The position numbers and the translations under genes were made by a program. The notes under the pieces are model-generated. The model was given only the letters and a program-made list of their open reading frames with translations. It made no database searches and was not told the origin of the DNA. From Luminiphilus sp. (GTDB taxonomy: Bacteria; Pseudomonadota; Gammaproteobacteria; Pseudomonadales; Halieaceae), in assembly GCA_965656775.1 (NCBI GenBank), contig CBFHMA010000001.1, forward strand, positions 1 to 41,646: a stretch of DNA of 41,646 bases, given 5' to 3'. This document shows positions 1 to 8,902 of this stretch, piece after piece. Position 1 is the stretch's first letter; every line of letters begins with the position of its first letter.

Positions 1-184
1 ACGATTGCGACGGAGCGCTTGCACCAATATGTACCGCGGCATCAGCTACCCGTACATGCAGGGCATCCTTATCCGCGTCGGAATAGACCGCCACAGTGCG
101 CATGCCCATGCGACGCGCCGTGCACATGATCCGAACCGCTATTTCACCACGATTGGCAACAAGTAATGTGGATATCGAGGTCAT
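1..184 (-). CDS. atuF: Biotin carboxylase (alpha) subunit of an acyl-CoA carboxylase, AtuF-like; 5' part only, runs off the window
   Basis: Not in the ORF track. Manual translation from ATG at 184 gives [38 protein letters not shown]..., the ANRGEIA biotin-carboxylase N-terminus. ATGA overlap with the upstream hydratase stop codon. Confidence 0.85.
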   Translation of the reverse strand, partial: MTSISTLLVANRGEIAVRIMCTARRMGMRTVAVYSDADKDALHVRVADAAVHIGASAPSQS

Positions 185-990
185 CCATGGCTCCCCATTG
201 CCCAATGAGGAGAGCGCTTCTCCAAAAAGGCAGCAACACCTTCGCGCCCCGAAGGACCCTGCAAACAGTCGGTGAAATTTTCTGCCGCTGCTAAAATTGC
301 ATCGTCACCCTCTAAGTTGGGTAAGGCTCGCAACAACGATTTGCAGGCACCCACCGCTTCCGGCGAACAATTCAGCACGTCACGCTTGATGGACTGCACA
401 GTCGTCTCCAAGGTTTCTCCCTGGTCAACGCACAGATCGAGCAAACCCAGTTCGCAAGCAGCGGCACCGTTAAATCGCGCTCCCGTTAACATGAGACGAC
501 GACCATTGGCATAACCCGCCTTGCGCAGAACATAAGGTGCTATTTGCGCAGGCGTAATTCCAATACGTGTTTCAGAAAAACCGAAGGCTGCGTCGGTGGT
601 GCCCACAGTGACATCGCAACTGCATGCCAAGCCCAAACCACCCGCCATAGCTGCGCCCTCAATAATGGCCAGTGTCACCTGTGGTAAGGCATCTACCGCA
701 GCCAGCAAACGACCAATACGGGCGCTCGCATCAATGGTGGCCCCGCGGGAGGCATCGGCCATCGCCCGAAATTCACGCAAGTCGCCGCCGGCACAAAAAT
801 AACCACCTCGCCCACGCAGGGATACACCACGAATATCGGAACGCGTGGCCAAATAGCCGCATAAAACCAGCAGGTCAGAGACCACGGCATCCGTCAATGG
901 ATTACGTCGCTCAGGTTGATTAAACCAAACCGACAACCAACCATCAGCCAATTGGGTGTCAAGTGCAGGTGTTAGGGGGAGCTGATCCAT
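181..990 (-). CDS. atuE: Enoyl-CoA hydratase/crotonase family protein, AtuE/LiuC-like (isohexenylglutaconyl-CoA hydratase)
   Basis: [23 protein letters not shown] and [12 protein letters not shown] motifs. Sits between the two carboxylase subunits. Confidence 0.8.
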   Translation of the reverse strand: MDQLPLTPALDTQLADGWLSVWFNQPERRNPLTDAVVSDLLVLCGYLATRSDIRGVSLRGRGGYFCAGGDLREFRAMADASRGATIDASARIGRLLAAVDALPQVTLAIIEGAAMAGGLGLACSCDVTVGTTDAAFGFSETRIGITPAQIAPYVLRKAGYANGRRLMLTGARFNGAAACELGLLDLCVDQGETLETTVQSIKRDVLNCSPEAVGACKSLLRALPNLEGDDAILAAAENFTDCLQGPSGREGVAAFLEKRSPHWAMGSHG

Positions 991-992
991 AC

Positions 993-2615
993 TTACATCC
1001 TCGCCACGGCAAAGCTATTGGGTTGCAATTGGCGAGACCGCCCTTCCAACACCGTTTCCAGACAAAAAGCTAATACTTTGCGCGTATCCCGCGGGTCAAT
1101 GATGCCGTGGTCAAGGACTTGCCCAGAGGTGTAAAAGGCATCTTCCTGGGCATCAAAATGCGCTTGAATGCGTGCGGCTTGTGACGCTAGTTGTGACTCG
1201 GGCACCTCGAGACCCTTGCGCTGTGCAGCTACTCTCGCCACCTCTGTCATGGTGTCGGCAGCGCTTTGTCCAGCCATCACGCCTGTGCGTGCATTGGGCC
1301 AAGCAAATAGAAAGTCCGGTTCGTAGGCCCATCCACACATGCCGTAATTACCTGCACCGAAACTAGCACCAAGATACAAACTAATTTTGGGAATACGAGC
1401 GGTACTCACCGCCTGAATCATTTTAGAACCGTGCTTAATCATCCCAGCCTGCTCGTAACGTGTGCCCACCATGTAGCCGGTGGTGTTGTTCAAAAACAGC
1501 AGCGGTAGGTTGGCCTGATCACATAGCTGAATAAATTGTGCCGCCTTGCAAGCTCCATCGGGATCAATAGGACCATTGTTGCCGATGAAGCCACAGGCAA
1601 TACCCGTAATGGTGGCATGACCACAGATGGTCGACACGCCGTACCGACTTTTGAACTCATCAATCGCAGAGCCATCGACGACCCGAGCCAAAACCTCGCG
1701 CACGTCATAGGGTGTTCTCGGATCGGCAGGGACAGCTCCCGCTAATTCATCGACCGAATAATGCGGGGCGTCATAGCTTTCACGATAAACGGGACTAGCC
1801 CGTCGATTCCATTGCAACGACGCCAGTAAATCTCTGGCTTTGAGAATACCGTCGCTGTCGTCCTCTGCCAGGTATTCAACCACACCGGAGACACTGGCAT
1901 GCATTTCAGTACCACCTAACTCGCGGTCGTCGGCTTGTTCACCGGTGGCGGCCTTCACCAATGCGGCTCCGCCCAACGCTGCCATGCCATTATGACGGAC
2001 ACCAATGACGTAGTCAGACATACCCGGCATATAGGCGCCACCGGCCGTGGACCCACCGTGCAACACGACAAAAGTCGGTAAGCCCATGGCCGACATGCGT
2101 GCGAGATTACGGAATACGGCCCCAAAGGTTGACCAGAGCTTGACCTCATAATTCAGCAAATTAGCGCCAGCGCTTTCAACGCAGTGCACCAATGGTAATT
2201 TTTGACGCATGCAGATCGACTGCAGCGAGAGCGCCACGTCGGTTGATGCTCGAGTCGCTGCACCTGCAGCTATCCCCGAGTCATCAACCCAAACCATACA
2301 GCGTACACCCGACACAAAACCGATACCCACCAACATCGATGCACCGGGCACACTGGTGTCTCTGTCGGGGGTTTCAACACAAAAATTCGCCAACGAGTGA
2401 AGACGCAAAAATGGCATACCTGGGTCTAACAGCGCTTGCAAGCGCTGGCGCGGCGTCAGCTGACCTCGCGCTTCGAAGGTTGCTTGACGTTTATCTGACG
2501 CCCGTTGAGCACGTGCCTCGAGGGCTCGTAATTGGTCAACAAAACCCAGCATCGCCGAGCGGTTGTCGGCATAGCTTGGGCTATCGGTAACAACCCGACT
2601 AACAATTTGACGCAT
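993..2615 (-). CDS. atuC: Acyl-CoA carboxylase beta (carboxyltransferase) subunit, geranyl-CoA carboxylase AtuC-like
   Basis: VESAGANL, GGSTAGGAY and GASFGAGNYGMCG motifs. Likely start is ATG at 2615 (MRQIVS), overlapping the atuA end by 17 nt; the ORF-track extension to 2675 is unlikely. Confidence 0.85.
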   Translation of the reverse strand: MRQIVSRVVTDSPSYADNRSAMLGFVDQLRALEARAQRASDKRQATFEARGQLTPRQRLQALLDPGMPFLRLHSLANFCVETPDRDTSVPGASMLVGIGFVSGVRCMVWVDDSGIAAGAATRASTDVALSLQSICMRQKLPLVHCVESAGANLLNYEVKLWSTFGAVFRNLARMSAMGLPTFVVLHGGSTAGGAYMPGMSDYVIGVRHNGMAALGGAALVKAATGEQADDRELGGTEMHASVSGVVEYLAEDDSDGILKARDLLASLQWNRRASPVYRESYDAPHYSVDELAGAVPADPRTPYDVREVLARVVDGSAIDEFKSRYGVSTICGHATITGIACGFIGNNGPIDPDGACKAAQFIQLCDQANLPLLFLNNTTGYMVGTRYEQAGMIKHGSKMIQAVSTARIPKISLYLGASFGAGNYGMCGWAYEPDFLFAWPNARTGVMAGQSAADTMTEVARVAAQRKGLEVPESQLASQAARIQAHFDAQEDAFYTSGQVLDHGIIDPRDTRKVLAFCLETVLEGRSRQLQPNSFAVARM

Positions 2616-4413
2616 GATGTTGGTCCAACAAAGTTGAAGGTATCTCGATCGGGAAATCCAATAGCAGCTGGGCAAAGCACTTGGCTTGGGGATCGCTCCT
2701 CAAGCTGGCAACACCACCGCCGCCAAGGGCGTTGTGCAAGACAAAATTCAAAGCGCAGATACCCGGTAGGTAATAGCGATCGTAATGGGCGGAGGTCATC
2801 AAATGCTGAAAGCGCTCAGCGACGGCCTGTACCGTGAGGGCTCGTGCAATCCAGGGCAGGAATACTGGGTCGCGCGCCATAACCCCAATATTGGCCTTAT
2901 CGCCCTTGTCGCCTGACCGAGCGAAAGCCAAGCGTTCAAGCGGTACCGACGTCATGAGTTCATTCTCATCATGGCGGGGTAACGGCGCTTGACTGAGTGC
3001 TGACATAGACTGGACTGCTTGAGAGGGGGCTGGCTGCCAGAAACACTCCCCTGCGTCATCGGTGATACGCACTGTCAACAGCGTTTTAGGAATCAAGGCG
3101 CTAAAAAGTCGAACCACGGGTGATGGCTTGGGTCGCGTACCGGCAAAGCTGAACAACCCCGCAGGTGCCGCCAGGACCATGCCCGTCAACTCGCGCATTA
3201 GCCACTCACAAGGTGTTTTCTCGTTGTGGTGGCATGCCACCTTCACCGCAACCTCACGGCTACGTACATAGCGCGCAGCCGGTCCCCAGTGGCTCTCGAC
3301 ACCGATAACGTCGATATCGACCTCTCGGTAGTCTTCTAGATCGCGGTCAATCAGTTTCTGTCGAGCTCGTTGAAGCCCTTGTTGAGCAAACAACCTGGCC
3401 TTATCAGCTGCACGCCGGCCCGCATAGAACATGACTGTGCCCGCTCGCCAACCATCGAACCAGGTCAAACTAGCCTTATAATACTCCGGCACTCCCCTAC
3501 CAATGGCGCCGGTGACCGCGACGCGATTAGGCGCGATTTGCTCTAACCGCACCTGGGTAAAATCGCATACCACATCGGGCAGCACATAATGGGCGGGGTC
3601 ACCGATTTCATAGAGCAACTGCTCGCCGACCGTGCCCACCGTGACGATGCCCCCAGTATCATGGGCCTTAGTGATCACCGTTGAGCCGTCCGGGAAAACT
3701 TCCGCAATTGGATAGCCAATTTGGTGCAGCGAATCGGCCACGCTTTCCCAATCAGTGTGATTGCCACCGGACACTTGCGGACCGCACTCAATTAAATGGC
3801 CGGCTAAGGATCCCAAGGCCAGTAAATCTAGCTGGTCTTCGGACCAACCAAAGGCATGTATACAGGCCCCTAATGTCACCGCACTATCAACACAACGGCC
3901 TGTAATGACAATGTCAGCTCCCCTGCTAAGAGCAGCGGCTATGGGGAAAGCACCCAAGTACGCGTTGGCACTGGCAACGGCATCAAGGTCAGGGAGTACC
4001 TCATCACTGAACATGTCCCTCACGCCCTGTCGCTGCAAACTAGGCAAGTGTTCGGTGACGTCATCTCCGTGTACTACAGCCACCTTCAGATTCAGGCCAA
4101 CATCACCAATTGCTGTCCTTAATCGCGCTGCGCATTGCTCCGGATTGATACCACCTGCATTACTGATGACTTTCATCCCCTGTCGAGCTATTTCAGGGAG
4201 ATGAGGCACCATAATAGCGTCGACCCAATCTGTGGCGTATCCCTTGCTGGCATCGATGGCACGGGCTCGCGCCATAATCGAGAGCGTAATCTCTGCAAGG
4301 TAATCAAATACCACATAGTCAACATCGCCATCTGCAAGGAACTGGGGCAGCCCTAAATCGGCTTCACCCCAAAATCCTGTGGCGCCGCCAATACGGATCC
4401 TGTTAGCTGTCAT
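2599..4413 (-). CDS. atuA: Acyclic terpene utilization AtuA family protein (DUF1446)
   Basis: IRIGGATGFWG, DYLAEITLS, SANAYLGA, GHLIECG and ARSGDKGD motifs. AGGAGG RBS upstream. Confidence 0.9.
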   Translation of the reverse strand: MTANRIRIGGATGFWGEADLGLPQFLADGDVDYVVFDYLAEITLSIMARARAIDASKGYATDWVDAIMVPHLPEIARQGMKVISNAGGINPEQCAARLRTAIGDVGLNLKVAVVHGDDVTEHLPSLQRQGVRDMFSDEVLPDLDAVASANAYLGAFPIAAALSRGADIVITGRCVDSAVTLGACIHAFGWSEDQLDLLALGSLAGHLIECGPQVSGGNHTDWESVADSLHQIGYPIAEVFPDGSTVITKAHDTGGIVTVGTVGEQLLYEIGDPAHYVLPDVVCDFTQVRLEQIAPNRVAVTGAIGRGVPEYYKASLTWFDGWRAGTVMFYAGRRAADKARLFAQQGLQRARQKLIDRDLEDYREVDIDVIGVESHWGPAARYVRSREVAVKVACHHNEKTPCEWLMRELTGMVLAAPAGLFSFAGTRPKPSPVVRLFSALIPKTLLTVRITDDAGECFWQPAPSQAVQSMSALSQAPLPRHDENELMTSVPLERLAFARSGDKGDKANIGVMARDPVFLPWIARALTVQAVAERFQHLMTSAHYDRYYLPGICALNFVLHNALGGGGVASLRSDPQAKCFAQLLLDFPIEIPSTLLDQHHASNC

Positions 4414-4454
4414 ACCGCGCTGAGGCCTCCTAACAAGGCTTTAATTTTGACGCC

Positions 4455-4487
4455 ACTATAACCAAAAACCCTTTTTTGAGCTTGGTT
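4455..4487 (-). promoter_or_regulatory. Candidate atu operon promoter (-10 TATAGT) with an overlapping inverted repeat AACCAA-N16-TTGGTT
   Basis: TATAGT on the minus strand at 4460-4455. Inverted repeat arms at 4460-4465 and 4482-4487. No clear -35. Confidence 0.35.
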
Positions 4488-4511
4488 CTGACGTCTTCGC
4501 TCTCTATCCTT

Positions 4512-4597
4512 GGCTGAACAACAAACATCGGGGCCCACCGATAGATTCAGTTCGGTACCCCACCTGCCAGACGCAGGCGACATCCTGCTGTTCGACC
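4512..4597 (-). ncRNA. Candidate structured RNA element (three-way junction), family unknown
   Basis: Manual pairing on the minus strand: P1 GAACAGCAGGAUGUC/GAUGUUUGUUGUUC, P2 GCCUGC/GCAGGU, P3 GGGGUACCGA/UCGGUGGGCCCC. The G-U pairs work only on the minus strand. Confidence 0.3.
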
Positions 4598-4635
4598 GCA
4601 CCTAGTACAACCGAGCCAGTATTGAGCCGGTGCTG

Positions 4636-5595
4636 TTAAGCGTACTGCTGAGTCAATGCATCGACTAAACGGTCAACAGCATCCGCAGGCAATAAATTAA
4701 TGCCAGCTGCGGCGGCACGGCCACCACCCGTTTCAAACTGTCGACAAACCTCGTCGGCCCCTTGGCGGTTATTGAGTGGAGCTCGCACACTGACCAAATA
4801 CCCCCCAGGGATATCGGTTAGCACAGCATGAGCACGCTGAGGAGCCATGTTGGCTAAGTGATTGCCGTAGACCCCGCTAACACGCCGAGCCCATGGTGTA
4901 TCGGGCAACTGAATAACGGCCAACACGTCGTTTTCTACCAACCTCGGAGCAGAAGCAGCCAACGCCATATCGCTGGCATAGGCTGCCTGAAGGGTTTCAA
5001 ACAGCTCAGGATCGTCGGACAAACAGGCTTCGGGGTGTGCATGAGGTAACAACCGTTGATACAAAGCGTCGGGCGCGAAATGTAGATCTGCGACATCAGC
5101 GCCATAGCCATTGTAATTAATCAGTACACCCAGCTCCCGCCACTGCGCTAAATTTCCTCTTACCGGTAACGTTTCAGCTAATTTCTCCGCTGAACTATCG
5201 AGGTTATCCCCGTAGCAACCGACAACCGCCCACTCGGCCCGCTTACCTTTCAGGTAACCATTCACCAGGAGTGACGTGCAGACTTCGGGGGCGGTGTTAA
5301 TCAATGCCGTCAGATTCGCGGTATCGGGAACGTCCCCCGCGTAGTGATGATCGGCATAAAACACATTCACCCCTGTTGCCAGCAAACGGCTCAGTGGCTC
5401 ACGATTCTTATCCAGAGAGATATCCAGTACGGTTACCTGATCACCGCTGGCAGCATCAACGCGGTTTAATAAGGCAATATCACGCTTCACACCGGTGACG
5501 AGTTGCGCCTCTCTTGGAGCCACTTGCCGCAACTGAAGCAGCGAACAGATACCATCGGCATCACCGTTGAAAACGTCGAAACTGGGCATTGTCAT
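4636..5595 (-). CDS. DHH family phosphoesterase (DHH/DHHA1-like)
   Basis: NGDADG (motif 1), VLDIS (motif 2), ADHH (motif 3), and C-terminal SVR...GGGRAAAAG. AGGAG RBS. Confidence 0.85.
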   Translation of the reverse strand: MTMPSFDVFNGDADGICSLLQLRQVAPREAQLVTGVKRDIALLNRVDAASGDQVTVLDISLDKNREPLSRLLATGVNVFYADHHYAGDVPDTANLTALINTAPEVCTSLLVNGYLKGKRAEWAVVGCYGDNLDSSAEKLAETLPVRGNLAQWRELGVLINYNGYGADVADLHFAPDALYQRLLPHAHPEACLSDDPELFETLQAAYASDMALAASAPRLVENDVLAVIQLPDTPWARRVSGVYGNHLANMAPQRAHAVLTDIPGGYLVSVRAPLNNRQGADEVCRQFETGGGRAAAAGINLLPADAVDRLVDALTQQYA

Positions 5596-5710
5596 TAACT
5601 CCTGATCTATTTATGCATCGATCGAGGCCCTGACCATCTCGGCCCCATAAAAAGGTAGCAGTTGTCTGCTGGGTTGATTGTTACGGTCCACCTGTTTTGA
5701 CAGACAGAAG

Positions 5711-5739
5711 AATCCGCCGGCTGAGGCCACCGGCGGGTT
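5711..5739 (-). terminator. GC-rich hairpin downstream of comEA, possible intrinsic terminator
   Basis: CCGCCGG-N9-CCGGCGG followed by ATTCTTCT on the minus strand; the U-tract is weak. Confidence 0.45.
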
Positions 5740-5750
5740 ACTCAATGCCC

Positions 5751-6080
5751 TTATTGCAGCACAATAAGAGCACGATTGCGTGTGACCAATGCGTCACCAA
5801 TACCCTTTACTTCGGTCAACTCATCGACAGCTTCGAAGGGACCATGGGCCTCTCGGTATTCAACAATACGGTACGCTTTGGCTATGCCAACACCATTCAA
5901 TGTAGTAGCAAGCGCTTCGGCATTGGCCGTATTGATGTTCACTGCAGCGACGTCGGCAAATACCTGTGAAATGCTTGCCGCAACAACTAACGCCCCCATG
6001 AGTATTGCACGGCCAGATCTTGCCACTCGTGAGTCTTGGCCAATGCCGAAAGGTCTGGTGGCACGTAATAAGTGTTTCAT
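5751..6080 (-). CDS. comEA: ComEA family helix-hairpin-helix DNA-binding protein
   Basis: VNINTANAEALA..LNGVGIAKAYRIVEYRE.HGPF..VDELTEVKGIG. Signal-like hydrophobic stretch. ATG at 6080 is preceded by AGGGAG. Confidence 0.9.
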   Translation of the reverse strand: MKHLLRATRPFGIGQDSRVARSGRAILMGALVVAASISQVFADVAAVNINTANAEALATTLNGVGIAKAYRIVEYREAHGPFEAVDELTEVKGIGDALVTRNRALIVLQ

Positions 6081-6201
6081 CGTTTGGTTCTCCCTGTAGT
6101 AGTCATCGGGACTATTCCCGATAACGGCAGGGTAGTTTGTCAGTTCGCGGTGAGAACCATCGGCGGTGATCATTGCTCTGTCGTGGTCTGTACCAGCAGA
6201 A

Positions 6202-6915
6202 TTAGACCGCTAACGATGCCAGAATGTCATCAACGACTTTACTAGGCGACTCAGCACCCGCTATCGATCGTCCCATCACCAGATGCGTAGCACCCTGCAC
6301 TACGGCCACCTCAGGGGTTACAACTCGGCGCTGGTCAGCAGCAGCATCACCCGCTAAGCGGATTCCAGGGGTAACACGCAAAAACCCGTCACCCAACGCT
6401 TTTCTCAGCAGTTCGGCTTCCTGAGCCGAACAAACCACGCCATCGATACCGGCTCGATTGGCCAGTGTGGCGAGATGAAGCACTTGGTCTGGAATAGATG
6501 CCGGCACGCCCATTTCGAGTAAGTCATCGGCTGCCATACTGGTGAGTACCGTCACCGCGGTCAATAACGGGCGCGTAGGCTTAGGCTTATTCTCTAGGGC
6601 CTCAACCGCTGCGCGCAGCATTCGGCTGCCACCACTTGCATGAACATTTACCATCCAAACACCCAAATCGGCGGCCGCCTCAACGGCTGCCGCCACCGTA
6701 TTGGGGATATCGTGAAATTTCAGATCCAAGAACACATCGAAACCGCGCTCTTGCAGCGCTGTTACGACAGAGGGGCCCTCTCGGGTAAACAACTGTTTAC
6801 CCACTTTGACTCGGCATCGACCAGGATTAAGTTGGGAGCAAATGGCTAACGCACTCGCTTGGTCTGGCACGTCTAATGCAACAATCAAAGGACCCACGGT
6901 GTCATGCACGAACAA
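6202..6915 (-). CDS. pyrF: Orotidine-5'-phosphate decarboxylase
   Basis: [10 protein letters not shown] active-site motif, IVALD, VTPGIR. Start is TTG at 6915 or GTG at 6909. Confidence 0.97.
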   Translation of the reverse strand: MFVHDTVGPLIVALDVPDQASALAICSQLNPGRCRVKVGKQLFTREGPSVVTALQERGFDVFLDLKFHDIPNTVAAAVEAAADLGVWMVNVHASGGSRMLRAAVEALENKPKPTRPLLTAVTVLTSMAADDLLEMGVPASIPDQVLHLATLANRAGIDGVVCSAQEAELLRKALGDGFLRVTPGIRLAGDAAADQRRVVTPEVAVVQGATHLVMGRSIAGAESPSKVVDDILASLAV

Positions 6916-8122
6916 CTTCTCCTGTATTACCCAAGTCCCTTATGGTGCCCCAGTGCTTGCAGCCCGGACAGTACCAGTGCAAATGCTGACCATGGAAACC
7001 ACAGTGCTGGCAACGGTAAGAAGACCGCGCCTCCACCAACCGCTGGAGCGTTTCAATCTGCAACTGTCCATCCTCGCCAGCTTCTTTGGCGTTGTGCAGG
7101 CGCATCAACATCGTTAAGCCACGCAGTGACGGTTTCTGTTCTAGGGCTGTTCGCAGAAATGCTTTTGCACTAGCGTCACCTTCTGTGTCGTGACATTCCT
7201 CGGCTAATGCCAACGTCAGTGCCGTAGAGGGACTCTTATCAAGACATTGCTGTAACCAGGGACGTAACTCAGATCGGCGCCCAAGTACGTCGAGCGCTTG
7301 ACGCAACAGCGGCACTGCTTGGGGTACAAAATCAGGATCCTGTTCAGGGATAGCCATAAGCACCGCCGCTGACTTGGCATACTCGCCAACGCGACACTCC
7401 AACTCGCCCTGCATCAAACTGGCACGGACGCACTGACGATCGTATTTCAACGCCTCGCGCAATGTGTCCCGCGCCTGAGTCCAATCGTGACGTGCCAATG
7501 CCAACTCCGCCTGCTGGCAGCAATAGTGTGCTAGCAATAAAGGGATAGGCTGACCGACCTCATCTGCTGGAGGCTTGGCTGCCTTCAATAATGAACGCCT
7601 TGGCAGCAGGGCCTCGGCAATTTGGCGAGCCTGCGCCCAATCATTCTGCGCTTCATAAATTTCCAGTAAATGGCGCTGGGCAAGTCGCCGGTGCTCGGTC
7701 GATTCGTCAACCAAATCGAGCAGCAAACGCTCTGCTCGATCGAGCAAACCAGCGGAGATATAGTCCCGAGCGAGTTCGAGGTGGGCTAGGTGCAGTTGCA
7801 CCGCCGGCAAACTGGGACGCGCCAATAAATTTTGATGAATCCGTATGGCACGCTCGACTTCCCCGCGCCGACGCAACACGTTACCCAGCGCGATATGGGT
7901 ATCGAAGGTCTCGGTATTCACCTCTAGAGCTCTGGTAAAGGCATCGATAGCGTTATCTTGGCTGCCATCGAGCAAAAAATTGAGACCGCGGTAATACTGA
8001 GAGGGCAACGCGCTCGTTCCGGGCCATTGCTCGCTCTGAAAAGACCGAGCACCGCGGCGTCCAAGCCACCACCCTACACCGATGGCGACCGTAACGAGTA
8101 TCAATAGACCAAAATCAATCAC
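6902..8122 (-). CDS. lapB: Lipopolysaccharide assembly protein B (TPR plus rubredoxin-like domain)
   Basis: N-terminal [24 protein letters not shown], and C-terminal CQHCG...CPGC. Conserved ihfB-lapA-lapB-pyrF context. Confidence 0.95.
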   Translation of the reverse strand: MIDFGLLILVTVAIGVGWWLGRRGARSFQSEQWPGTSALPSQYYRGLNFLLDGSQDNAIDAFTRALEVNTETFDTHIALGNVLRRRGEVERAIRIHQNLLARPSLPAVQLHLAHLELARDYISAGLLDRAERLLLDLVDESTEHRRLAQRHLLEIYEAQNDWAQARQIAEALLPRRSLLKAAKPPADEVGQPIPLLLAHYCCQQAELALARHDWTQARDTLREALKYDRQCVRASLMQGELECRVGEYAKSAAVLMAIPEQDPDFVPQAVPLLRQALDVLGRRSELRPWLQQCLDKSPSTALTLALAEECHDTEGDASAKAFLRTALEQKPSLRGLTMLMRLHNAKEAGEDGQLQIETLQRLVEARSSYRCQHCGFHGQHLHWYCPGCKHWGTIRDLGNTGEVVRA

Positions 8123-8420
8123 TACCCGTTAATCCAGCCTTTCGCAGCCTGTCCACCTCAATATTCAATCGATCTCGATGTCGACGAACCGCAGCTAATC
8201 GAGCCCGCTGGTTAAAAATAATGGCGGACCCTGATGCAAAGCCCAGCAAGACGCCCAGACCTAGGCTGCAAAGCAGCCAGATACCAGCACTACGCTCTGG
8301 TAATGTCGTTACAAGTAAGTCGATGGCAATGGGCTGGGTATTTTGTAATGCAAATAAGGCACCGGTGGCAATGGCGGCGAGTAACACGCCAACCCCAAGC
8401 AATTTTGCCAGCAGTGCCAC
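8115..8420 (-). CDS. lapA: Lipopolysaccharide assembly protein A (DUF1049)
   Basis: Two TM segments with FALQNTQ, a basic C-terminal coiled segment, and position directly upstream of lapB. Confidence 0.85.
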   Translation of the reverse strand: MALLAKLLGVGVLLAAIATGALFALQNTQPIAIDLLVTTLPERSAGIWLLCSLGLGVLLGFASGSAIIFNQRARLAAVRRHRDRLNIEVDRLRKAGLTGSD

Positions 8421-8422
8421 CC

Positions 8423-8719
8423 CTAAAAGCCTGCCTTCAATGAGCGGTTAACCCGTTCACGTAATTCTTTGCCCGGCTTAAAGTGCGGCACGTACTTACC
8501 CTCGAGTTGAACGGCATCCCCGGTTTTAGGATTACGTCCCTTGCGTGGCTCGCGGTAATGCAGGGAAAAACTGCCGAATCCACGAATTTCAATGCGATCG
8601 CCCTCAGCTAGGCACTCGGTCATGTGCTCGATCATCACCTTGACCGCCAACTCGACGTCTTTGGTACTCAGTTGGGTCTGCTGAGAAGCAATCAGCTCAA
8701 TAATCTCGCTGCGCGTCAT
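8423..8719 (-). CDS. ihfB: Integration host factor beta subunit
   Basis: [24 protein letters not shown]...[15 protein letters not shown]. Confidence 0.98.
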   Translation of the reverse strand: MTRSEIIELIASQQTQLSTKDVELAVKVMIEHMTECLAEGDRIEIRGFGSFSLHYREPRKGRNPKTGDAVQLEGKYVPHFKPGKELRERVNRSLKAGF

Positions 8720-8855
8720 AATGGGTTTCTTCTTTAGTCAGCCGTTATTGTCCACGGCCTGCGTGATGAAGGCAAGTTACTAATTTAAAGAGAGTTTTTC
8801 CCATAGCCATGGATACCCACAGATTGACTTACGCCCATGTAAAGTTCCCAGATAT

Positions 8856-8882
8856 AAAAAAGCCGGCCCATTGGCCGGCTTT
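8856..8882 (-). terminator. Intrinsic terminator after rpsA
   Basis: Perfect stem AAAGCCGGCC-CATT-GGCCGGCTTT with a U6 tract on the minus strand, about 20 nt after the rpsA stop. Confidence 0.85.
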
Positions 8883-8902
8883 AATCAACGTCTAATAAAC
8901 GC

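Noticed and set aside
4495-4600. Resemblance to known RNAs (ACCTGCC as in cobalamin riboswitch ends, CAGCCAAGG as in SRP RNA, GGGGT as in TPP)
   Set aside because: The other obligatory elements (B12 box, SRP GGAA tetraloop domain, CUGAGA) are absent.
4410-4601. 63-aa minus-strand ORF upstream of atuA
   Set aside because: No RBS or motif, and it overlaps the atuA RBS and putative promoter; the region is better explained as regulatory or structured RNA.
8720-8855. Possible IHF autoregulatory site upstream of ihfB
   Set aside because: The best candidates mismatch WATCAANNNNTTR at conserved positions; not supportable by eye.
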